From Octopus vulgaris (lineage: Eukaryota), in assembly GCA_951406725.2 (NCBI GenBank), contig OX597837.1:682001-746000 (forward strand): 64,000 nucleotides of DNA, read 5' to 3'. Positions within the stretch are counted from its first letter, which is position 1. Each line of letters begins with the position of its first letter. Of the stretch, positions 52,132-64,000 are shown piece by piece. Made by a program: the position numbers and the translations under genes. Under the pieces are notes generated by a model, which saw nothing but the letters and a program-made list of their open reading frames with translations, was not told where the DNA came from and searched no databases.

Positions 52132-52696
52132 TAAGTTGATCCTTACATATGTGTGTACATACATTCATACACATATATATACACGAACATATATATATAT
52201 ATATATATGTCTGTGTGCAGGCGAATATCTCTGAATGCATATGAGTGCGGGAACGCAATTGTTTGTAAAATAAAAAGAGTAAAAGGGAGATAACCGATGG
52301 CAAACAATCCAGCACAATGCCAGCAATCTTATCCACCATTGTAGGAAAGAAAGTAAGTAAAGAAGTAGAAAGAAAGAAAAGAAAAAGAAAAAAGGAAACA
52401 AGGAAAAAATAAAATATGAACATTACAAACTGACATTGTCCAAATGGGAAATGATTGTACAAATAAACAATAAAACGCCAATACAAAATGCTTATTTTTC
52501 AATGGAAGGCGTTAAAACAAATTTTGTCTCGCTTCGTTCGCCATTTTCTTTTCATATTAATTCCGTTTCTTAAGCACAAATATGTACACATAGATGGCAA
52601 AATATATGTGTGTATATGTTTATGTATGCATGTAAGAATATAATGATATACATATACATAGGCATAAATCTTTGTATGCATGCAGCTAACTCACTT

Positions 52697-52740
<44 letters not shown>

Positions 52741-52927
52741 ACTTTCCCTCTCTCACTCGCTTTCTCTTTCTGTCTGCATACATAAAAATATACATACACA
52801 CACTCGCACACCACAAGTGAATGTACTGAGGATGGTAGTGGAATATAATGTATACGAGATATACGTGTATATATGTGTGTGTGTGTGAGTATGTGTGTGT
52901 TTGTATGTATATATGTATGTATGTATG

Positions 52928-52959
<32 letters not shown>

Positions 52960-52978
52960 CATACACATATATATACAC

Positions 52979-53013
<35 letters not shown>

Positions 53014-53112
53014 CATATATATAAATATGTATACTTTCATATATATATACACACACACATATATATATATATAAATATGTATACTTTCATATATATATTA
53101 TACATATATACA

Positions 53113-53171
<59 letters not shown>

Positions 53172-53443
53172 GCATATAATTTTACATTAATTAATATTAT
53201 ATATACATATTAAGCATCTTTTACGCACATGCACATGCGTTGACAATTAAACGTATTTAATAAGTTTATTAATATCCAATGTAGTTATGCAATGGTAGGA
53301 GACTTATTCTTAGAGAAATAGAGATAAAAAGAAAAAAATGAAGACACAGGTACGGAATGGTTAGGAGATGGTGAGGAGGTTGGTACAAGATATTTCCCTC
53401 AGGAACACTAACAATTGTCCGGATATAGATTGAATCGTCCTAT

Positions 53444-53477
<34 letters not shown>

Positions 53478-53541
53478 GGTGTGTGTATGTATGTGTGTGT
53501 ATGTGTGTGTGTGTATGTATATATGTGTGTGTATATGTGTG

Positions 53542-53647
<106 letters not shown>

Positions 53648-53858
53648 TCGCTATGCATGTATACACATACATATTTTCATCCCTACATGTATTTGTGCTT
53701 CTGTGTGTGTATGTGTGTGTATTAATGCATTCATTTATGTCTGTGAGTCTAAAATATAGATTGATATATGCGTTTGTATATATTTTTATATACATACATA
53801 CGTATATATAACAACAACAATAATAATAGTAATAATATAAATATACATACATACGTAC

Positions 53859-53905
<47 letters not shown>

Positions 53906-54895
53906 CAATAATCCTGAGCTCGTTATGTCCGAATGCGGTTACATGTAAACATGTCATTTATTTCTTAACCTTCCTCTCTCTGTTTCTCTTAATCAATCTC
54001 TCCCATTCTCCCACTTTCTCACTACCTCTCTATCTCTCTCCCTCTTCTTACTAAACGCTCGTATCTTAAAAGCAGAAGAGACACATCCATCTGATGCTTA
54101 CACTTTTACATACATGCTTGGATGTATCCTGTCCCTCTCCCTCTCCATCCACACCCGCGAAGGCTATCCTTGAATCACTGCTGCTGATGAGACATCCCCC
54201 CCCCCAAAAAAAAAAACTACACTCCTAAAATCCTATTGGAGCGTCAGATCATTTCTATTTTGTTTATTTTATTTGTTATGATTTATTTTAATCCATTTCA
54301 TTTTTATTAAATGAACACAAATGCTCGTGTGGCTGTGTTTTATAGGAAGTTTTTGTAGCTGTACCCTTCCGCTACAAATTTTGTTTAACGTCTTCAAAAT
54401 TTGAATAAATTTTGTCTCTTTTAAGACATATATCGATGTAGTGTCATGTAGAATCGAAAATGAGGAATTCATCTGACAACTTAATACATAGAATTAGTCA
54501 GTTTCAGTTTGGTTATTTTTCAAGTCAAAATTCGAGCCTATCAAATGTTTTAACATTTTCAAATATCAATTTTTATATATTACAATTCATATGTAAGCAT
54601 TAGATAGATGTGTCTCTTCTGCTTTTAAGATACGAGCGTTTGGTGAGAAGAGGGAGAGAGGTAGTGAGAAAGTGGGAGAATGACATACGAACCATTGTCG
54701 ACCACATTCAGCATCGAAAGAAATGGGATTATTGTAGGATGTTCAATACACATTCTTCTAGGATCCAAAGGAAGTTTATGTGCCGCATACTTTTTCTTTC
54801 TTTTCTTTTTTATTTAACATTTTAGACATACCCCAACATTCTGCCTCTCCCGTCTAATGTCCATATCTTCCTCACAACAGGTATTATTAATAAAC

Positions 54896-55090
54896 CTTTC
54901 TACAAATGGCACAAGGCCTGAAATTTGGTGGGAGAGAGACAAGTTGATTTCATCGACCCAATCTTTAACAGGTACTTAATTTATCGACCTCAACAGGATG
55001 AAATTCAAAGTGTGCCTCGGAACGTAGAGACGGACGAAATGCTGCTAAGAATTTTGCCCGGCATGCTAACGTTTCTGCCAATTCGCCGCA
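54896..55090 (-). mobile_element. Short tRNA-derived SINE, diverged
   Basis: GGCACAAGGCCTGAAATTTGG...GGTACTTAATTTATCGACC...GACGAAATGC...GCTAACGTTTCTGCCA.TTCGCCGC. Confidence 0.85.
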
Positions 55091-55129
<39 letters not shown>

Positions 55130-55291
55130 GTAATAATAATAATAATAATATTAACAGTAATAATAATGATAATAATAATAAGAAGCAAACCGTTTGTAGT
55201 TGTTGTTGAATTTGTGAAAGAGCTTGTCAATAATGCTTTTATTGGCTTCAACCAGATCACGTGAATTTGCTGAGGCACCGCTATTAAATGC

Positions 55292-55410
55292 TTTTATTCT
55301 TTTGCTTGTTTCATTCATTATGACCGTGGCCATACTGGGGCACCACCTTGAAGAATAGGCTCCAGTACTTAGTATTTTTTGCGGAACCGCTAAGTTACGT
55401 GTACGTAAAC
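55292..55410 (-). mobile_element. Long SINE 3' fragment
   Basis: GTGGCCATACTGGGGCACCACC...GAACCGCTAAGTTACG...CGTAAACAC. Confidence 0.75.
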
Positions 55411-55450
55411 ACAATTACTAAACACGCACGCACACAAACGCACACACACG

Positions 55451-55530
<80 letters not shown>

Positions 55531-55542
55531 TATATACAAATA

Positions 55543-55947
55543 CAGGTGTGGCTATGTGGTAAGAAGTTTGCTTCCCAACGACATGGTTCCGGTTTCAGCT
55601 CCACTGGGTGGAACCTTGGGCAAGTATCTCCTACTATAGTCTCGGTCCGACCAAAGTCTTGTGAGTGGATTTGATAGACGGAAACTGAAAGAAGTCCGTC
55701 GTATATATATGTATATGTATATATATATGTGTGTGTGTCTTTGTGTTTGTGTTTGTCTACATCCCCACACCATCGGTTGACGGCCAACGTTGTGTTTACG
55801 TCCCCGTAACCTAGCAGTTCTGCAGAAGATACCGATAAAATAAGTAACAAACTTATAAAGAATAAGTTCAGAGGTCGATTTCGTTGACTAACGGGTGGTG
55901 CTCCAGCATAGCCACAGTCAAATGACTAAAACAAATAAAAGAATAAA
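55543..55947 (+). mobile_element. Long octopus-type tRNA-derived SINE, full length, with internal microsatellite
   Basis: GTGGCTATGTGGTAAGAAG head, CCTTGGGCAAGT.TCT core, GACGGAAACTGAAAGAAG, internal (TA)(TG)n, tail GGTGGTGCTCCAGCATAGCCACAGTC..TAAAAGAATAAA. Confidence 0.92.
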
Positions 55948-55962
55948 GTAAATGATAAAGTA

Positions 55963-56014
<52 letters not shown>

Positions 56015-56422
56015 GACGGGCATCTTTCAGCTACCAAATTGTCTCACAAAGCTTTGGTCGGCCCGATGCAATAGTAGAAGACTCTGCCCAATGGGGAAAG
56101 TAAAATTCTTACCATTCAGCTACGTCTGTGCCTACTTTTACCAAAATAATATTTTTCTCCCATTTTCCCCTATAAGAAAATATCTGTACTTAAAATTCTT
56201 CGCTTTCTTTATGCTTTACTCTTTTTCGTTTGGGGATTGTCCTCCACTATGCATTGCTATTGCTGGATCTCCTGAATATTTGAGTTCAGTCTATGCAGAG
56301 GCTGACCTTGTTTTCCATTCTTTCGAGCTCGTTAAGACCAAATAACCACGTTAATTACTGGGACCGATGATGTTAACTTATCTCCTGTCTTCAAATCTGT
56401 TGAGCTTCAACATAAACTAGAA

Positions 56423-56485
<63 letters not shown>

Positions 56486-56487
56486 GT

Positions 56488-56519
<32 letters not shown>

Positions 56520-56604
56520 CGATTGTTACTGCTGCTACAATTGCTATGCTGAATGAAAAAATCAATAAAAATCATGAACAAAAGATATGAACACACACAA
56601 ACAT

Positions 56605-56638
<34 letters not shown>

Positions 56639-56753
56639 GTACACTCTCACGTATATTATAACAAACATAAGCATATATATATATATACATACATACACAT
56701 CCACGTATACATATATAAATACATATATATATACACATACAAACACACACACT

Positions 56754-56823
<70 letters not shown>

Positions 56824-57080
56824 TATACACGTATCTATACACGCATAAATCAAAACAAAGACAACACTTAAACAAAACCCAGTCGGTTCCTAAACGAAAC
56901 AATACCAAAAGCCAACAATATGGTTCGTTTATATTCATAGATTTTAGACCATTATTGCCGAAGATACTTCACCTGACCATTTTCTGGTAAGGTGCCAAAC
57001 TTTGACAGGACAGGTTTCAGGGTGGGGGTTGGTGGGTGGTGAACGCCCAGTATTTCATTCTTTATTGCTTTTTCCATTCA

Positions 57081-57153
<73 letters not shown>

Positions 57154-57446
57154 TTGTAATTCTTGGTTTTGCTTTGTTTTATTTGAATATACGTATACTT
57201 ATTTGTTTTGTTTTAGTTAGTTGTATATTACTTATTTGGTTCTTTACCCCCCCCTACTTCCGGTTGGAAAACGTCAGACAGCAGAGGACGCGAGAAGTGT
57301 TGTAAAAGGGTTCGGTTTTCGTGTTTTGGCGGAAGTGCGTGATCTTCATTGTGTGTATTGACATGTATGTATGTATGTATGTATGTATGTATATATGTAT
57401 GTAGATATGTAGGGGCTATGTATGCGTGTATGTGTATTTGACCGTG

Positions 57447-57499
<53 letters not shown>

Positions 57500-57653
57500 A
57501 TACATTATCGATGTATGCATGTATGCGTACATGTGTATATATAAATATGTAGGGGTATGTATACGTGTATGTATATATGCCTGTATATTCATGTATTGTG
57601 CATGCATATACACAATATGTATGTATATATTCATGTATGTACGTATCTATCTT

Positions 57654-57774
<121 letters not shown>

Positions 57775-57849
57775 ATGTGTGTGTGTAAGTGACTCATTTC
57801 AGAATTTTCGAGACTTTTTCTAGATTATTGCAGTTTTAGTGTGTCATCC

Positions 57850-58110
57850 AATAAGCTGACCTGCCACCTTTTATTTTTAAAGACTGAAGGAGACGTCTGC
57901 AGTACAACTTTGAGCGGCCTCTACTAAAGGTTGCTGATCACAGCTGACTAGTTTACAGAATGCAATCGGGACGTGAAGACACTTTGAAAGATTAGGATCT
58001 TATCGAGAACCAATGGGTTTCTATTCTTGCTAGATGGTCGGCTATAAGCAACTGGCGGTGCCCCAGCATGGCCACAGTCTTAGGGCTGGAACATATAAAA
58101 GAATAAAAGA
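57850..58110 (+). mobile_element. Diverged 3' end of CR1-group LINE / shared tail
   Basis: Ends GGCGGTGCCCCAGCATGGCCACAGTC..CTGGAAC..TAAAAGAATAAAAGA. Confidence 0.55.
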
Positions 58111-58111
58111 A

Positions 58112-58484
58112 ATTGAGGAGGTTTCGAGGGTTCCAGGAAGGGATTTCGTCGCAGAAGGCCAGATAATCTGTACCAGGGCAATACACCAATCCCAAATTCC
58201 ATCCTGGTAACCAACTTCCTGAATCGATGGGCATCAGAAAAGTCCTGCATCAGATAAACATCAGAACTGTCCAGACCTTGCTCTCTATGACTTTTGGTTG
58301 TTCTTCCAAGCTAAGACAGAAAATGAAAGACCGTGTAAGGCCCTCCAGAAAGTGTCTGCGGTACGATAACAGTTGCGTCGAAGTCAGGCGTCCCTACTTT
58401 AAAGGGGCTTAGAGTTTTGTATTTCTTTGAGATTAATAATTGTCTTTCTTTAAAAAGCCTCAAAGCTCCTGGGGTACACCTTAT
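58112..58484 (+). mobile_element. Decayed mariner transposase 3' fragment
   Basis: FRRRRP, YQGNTPIPNSILVTNFL (resembles HQDNAPxHxSxLVTxFL), PDLALYDFWLF (resembles SPDLAPxDFWLF). Confidence 0.7.
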
Positions 58485-58549
58485 ATGTATGTGTATGTAT
58501 ATACATCTGCATGCATATACATATGTGTATGTATGTATGTATGTATGTC

Positions 58550-59087
58550 AGGTCACTTTCGAGTGCTACTGGTATCATGTACACCCAGTACAACCTGTTA
58601 CATGGTCGGGCCGTCGGCGACTAATCCGGTGATTCCACCAAGCTTTCTTGGTGAGGAGGGCGATTATTGGACACCCTGCGGGATGAAAAACCAAACCCGT
58701 CAAAGGGCGGAGGAACTCTTGGGAGTCAACGGCTATCCGATAAATGTGTATGTTTTTTTTCTCTTAAGGCTTAAGGCTGTATCATGCGAGGGGACAAAGA
58801 AATAATCGGACTGAATACCCGATCGTGCGGTTAAACCATTGAGAGTGAATGACTTCTAGCCTTTGTTAGGGCATCCATCCAGGAGAAGGTAACTCAGGTA
58901 ACTGGGATGACTCCGACATAAAACCTGCGGCTCAGTGGTTACCGATGATGTTGACTTGTTCTTCTTTTCGGATTATGGCTGCTGTTGCTTAGTGAGTGGG
59001 ATTGACTCAGTGCACAGCCTTTCCTCACTTTACAAAAATCTTCTTGCACAGGCATTGCACGATAACAACATTGTTCATGATTGTTCA
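58550..59087 (+). mobile_element. Solo RTE 5' UTR-like element
   Basis: Homologous along its length to 27545-28075 (-); bounded by microsatellites. Confidence 0.75.
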
Positions 59088-59088
59088 T

Positions 59089-59124
<36 letters not shown>

Positions 59125-59996
59125 GTGCGTGTGCGTGTGTGTGTTCCTATGTATGTGTGAAGCATTACGTATCCGAAGATGTATTCCGTGCTTTTGACTA
59201 TACATTAGACAAACAGCCTATTTTCATCGAGAGCCACTTTTGCTAATATCACAGTTCTTTCACTTTAAAGCCGAGCATTTTTCTAGAACATTTTCAAAGT
59301 AACAACACCTGGCACTGGTTCTTCGAGGCCTCCATGGACTTTGTTCAGTATTTCCTTTCAATAGTACTTTAAGATTCGCTTTTTTGTAGGTTTACAGGTT
59401 TTGCTGTCGTCTGTCAACTTCGGCACCTCTTCCGCAGTAGTACTTCTCTCTGCCAAAAGCAGATCGTTCAAACATCATGGAAACCATAACCAGTCTTTCT
59501 ATTTATTTCTAATATATATTCAGTGTTAGTTCCTGCTGTATATTCCAACATTATTAAAACATCAGGGTGTCATTTGAGGCTTTATCTATTTAGTTCGACG
59601 ATGTTGGCTTTGGTGTTAAAATAAATGTTGGTTGTGTTATTTGCGTTGATGGGAATGACAGGGGAGTTAGCGCTAATGGGAGTGTGACGATGCTGTTATC
59701 GGGTTTTTGATACTGCTTGATGCTGTTGTTCTTTGTATTGATGGTAAAGCTGATGATGGTGTACTTAGAAATGGTAGTGGCGAATAGTGCGTGTGTGTGT
59801 GTGTGTGCGCGCGCGTTAAGAAAACATAATAGTTATCGATCTCTCAATCTTCACCTCTCTATGATTGATAGAGAGATGCAAAAAGATGTCATATACGCAT
59901 CTATATCGTCCGTAATGATGATGGTGGTGATGATAATGATGATGACGATGATGATTATGACGATAGTTACGAGACCTTGTGTTCTAATACCGACAA

Positions 59997-61025
<1,029 letters not shown>

Positions 61026-62320
61026 CGCGCGTGTGTGTGTGTAAGTACATAGCTGATCTGACAGTAATATTTATGCAAATATATTCATAGAAAATGTATT
61101 TAGATGTTGTATTGCAATCTTGTAAAACAAGAAGTGTTTTGAATATTTTACTGTCGAAAACAATTCATTTATTAACGCTTGTTATCAGATACTTCATATG
61201 TATGGGTAGACGTTAGCATATGTGCGCCTTGGTGTATGTATGTGTTTATATGTGTCTATGTACTTGTGTGAGTCTGTATGTGTGAGTGTATGTATATGTA
61301 TGTATGTCTGTATTTCATATGCATTATAATATATACTTATACTTATATATACGTATACAGATGGGTATATATACATATACATACATATATATATATATAC
61401 ATATATATACATATATATATACATAAACATATATATACATATATATATACATATATATACACATATATATACATATATATATATAAACATATATATATAT
61501 ATGTATACATATATATATATAAACATATACATATGTATACATATATATATAAACATACATATGTATACATATATATATATATATATAAACGTATGTATAT
61601 GTGTGTATATATGTATATAAATACACATATATATATATTTATATAAATATATTTACACATGCATTAATATATACGCGTATGTGTGTTTGTGTATATTACA
61701 CGTGTACGTCTGCGCACGTATATTGTGTGTATGTGTATATCTGCGCATGTTTGTTTGTGTATGTGTGTGTGTTGTGTCTGCCTTTGTCTCTTTGCTTCAC
61801 TGATTTTCGTGTGTCAATTCTATACAAGACCAGACTCCGTGTCCAGCGATATGTTGGTGTCGTTGTTTATTTTCCGTTCTGAATGAGCTGTGTCTCTTTG
61901 ATGTTGTGGCTTTCAGTCATGTTACATCTTCGTTTAATTTTCTCTTTTGCTGCCATCTTGGAAATTATCCGTCTCTCTGTCATTTAAATGCTAAATAAAA
62001 ATTGCAAAGAAAAAAACACAAAACATTGTACTCTGATGTTGATGTTGTTATTGTTGTTTCCTTGTTGAGTTCGGAGGTGAGGTATAATTGGCCAGACTCG
62101 AGTCACGTGGGTCGCGGCTCAACCAACAAAATTGGTTAGTATTGACCCAAAGATCCATAGCTTCAAAAATGCCATACTTCCGTACAGTCGAGATTTACGA
62201 AGGGATAAGTTCTTGGCTTTTTATAAAAGAATATTTCATCATGTCGAACCGTTAATCCCTACACATTTTTACTCTCTCCTACTTTCTTTTTCTTTCTCTC
62301 TCCTTATTTTTTCCCCTGAC

Positions 62321-62430
62321 ATTCATTTCTGTTGAAGAGCGTAGGCTCGAAAAATCAAAGACTTTTCCATTCTTCCCGAGGGTTAAACTAATACACCTGC
62401 TTGTTCCTTCACTTGTCATCGTCTTTCGTC
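62321..62430 (+). repeat. Penelope-like terminal repeat with HHR-like CTGTTGA core
   Basis: CTGTTGAAGAGCGTAGGCTCGAAAA..AAAGACTTTT..CCGAGGGTTAAACTAATACACC; homologous to 6943-7100. Confidence 0.55.
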
Positions 62431-62431
62431 A

Positions 62432-62632
62432 CCCGCCATCACTTGGCAACCGATGCTTGTGCGTTTATATCCCCGTAACCTAGCTGTTCGGCAAAACACA
62501 CCGATAGAATAAGTACTAAGCTTACAAAGAATAAGTCCAGGGAGTTGATTTCGTCGATCAATATCTTTTAAGGCGATGCTCCAGCATGGCCACAGTCAAA
62601 TTACTGAAACAAGTAAAAGAATAGAAAAGAAT
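62432..62632 (+). mobile_element. Long SINE 3' half
   Basis: CCCCGTAACCTAGCTGTTCGGCAAA...GGCGATGCTCCAGCATGGCCACAGTCAAATTACTGAAACAAGTAAAAGAAT. Confidence 0.88.
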
Positions 62633-63170
62633 ACACACATACGAGAGTTCCTGTCTTTGGATAAAAGAAAATTCTTGAGGATCAATTATGGTTTTATCCA
62701 AATTCAATTTCCCCTCTCAGATTCATACACTTATTACAATGGCCCTCCGGGTTTTTTAAGCCTTGTAAAAGAACTCGGAAGGTTGGGCCTCCAACCAGGC
62801 CTTTCGCGATACCCTTAAAGGATTTCCAAGTGGTCTTTTCCGATCTCTTGGATACCATTAATAAACTGCACGAGTCAATCTTTTGTCTGTGATCCTTAAA
62901 ACATGGCCAACCAAGCGGAACTTATGTCTTCGGTATTCTGCAATCACACCGTTCACTCCGTTTCAAGGTGCTTTCTTAATGATATATTAAAAGCTAAAAT
63001 ATATATACGTATGTAAATGTGTATATGTAAGTTTATATAACAGTGTATATAGAATGAACAACGAAAGCGCTTATAGACAATACGATAACTCTGTCGCGGA
63101 AGCTTCTTGCCATTTTGTTTTACAAAGGCTTTTAAAAAAGGGAGTAATAATTTTGAAGATCATTTTTCTT

Positions 63171-63236
<66 letters not shown>

Positions 63237-63249
63237 CATACATACATAC

Positions 63250-63875
63250 ATGAAATTGTATCATACAAAGATATTGTGAATGAAGCTAGAGTGACCCAAG
63301 AATATTATACCAGAGTAAGAAAAATATGGCAGTCTGAACTCTCTTCTTACAAAAAGGCAATATCCTACAATGCATTGGCAGTACCAGTGCTGATTCCAAC
63401 ATTTGGGATACTCGACTGGTTTGTAGAATGAATCCTCTCCATAAACATTAAGACCCGCAAGATTCTAACATCAACTGGAAATCTCCACAAAATTAGTGAT
63501 ATCGCACATTGGTGTGTGACATGACGTTGATGAAAAAATTATACAATGCCATTCGGAAAAAACACTGTCCTGTAATAAATATAGAGAACCCCCTGGTATT
63601 TAATCCGTACACAAATACCAGCACAAAGAATACTGGTGGAACATTCCCCTTAAAACATCTGCCGGATATTGTTGTTTGGGATACAAGATAACGTATGTAC
63701 CGTCATAGAGGTCAGCCGTCCTGCTAATGTGAATATACCTCTGAAAATGAAAGAGAAAGAAGATAACTCGAAACCTCCAGCTTCTCTATCCGGATTACAA
63801 ATTTACATTTATACATATAGTGATTGGAGCATTTGGTTTTTGTAAGTAAATACCTAATTGTCAGTCTGGATAAAT
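63250..63875 (+). mobile_element. R4/Dong-like LINE fragment with internal deletions
   Basis: RVTQEYYTRVRKIWQSELS..KKAI..N..AVPVL.PTFGILDW, LYNAIRKKHCP, KEYWW, PDIVVWD; begins after (CATA)n. Confidence 0.78.
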
Positions 63876-63882
63876 GAAATAC

Positions 63883-63952
<70 letters not shown>

Positions 63953-64000
63953 AGGTGTATTTGCATGACTATATATGTGTGTGCATGAATATGTGAGCTT

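Noticed and set aside
54178-54250. CTGCTGATGAG hammerhead-like start
   Set aside because: No GAAA or stem III in register.
58555-58660. HDV-like ribozyme at the RTE-like 5' end
   Set aside because: Hairpins are visible, but I could not build the nested double pseudoknot or the L3 motif by eye.

Overview
AT-rich, microsatellite-saturated, non-coding eukaryotic DNA. The tRNA-derived SINE families and the (TA)/(CA)/(TAA) density strongly suggest an octopus (cephalopod) genome. I could not support any intact host protein-coding gene: most ORFs in the track are translated microsatellites, and the rest are decayed transposon pieces (RTE, two CR1-group LINEs, L1/Tx1, R4/Dong, Penelope-like, Tc1 and mariner-type transposases). 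The window also holds several SINE families, MITEs, a Helentron-associated-like element, a 1.43 kb tandem duplication and one 100-N gap. The most striking signal is a set of hand-folded Type I hammerhead ribozyme (HHR) motifs in short non-coding modules inserted in (TA)n tracts. These modules occur as tandem or head-to-head foldback units, an architecture typical of Penelope pseudo-LTRs and retrozymes. They include a 564 bp unit whose repeat restarts just 3' of the predicted cleavage site, a 489 bp unit with a long G.U-rich stem II, and a motif with a compensatory G3-C8 swap in the catalytic core. All folds were read by eye and none has been computed or tested.
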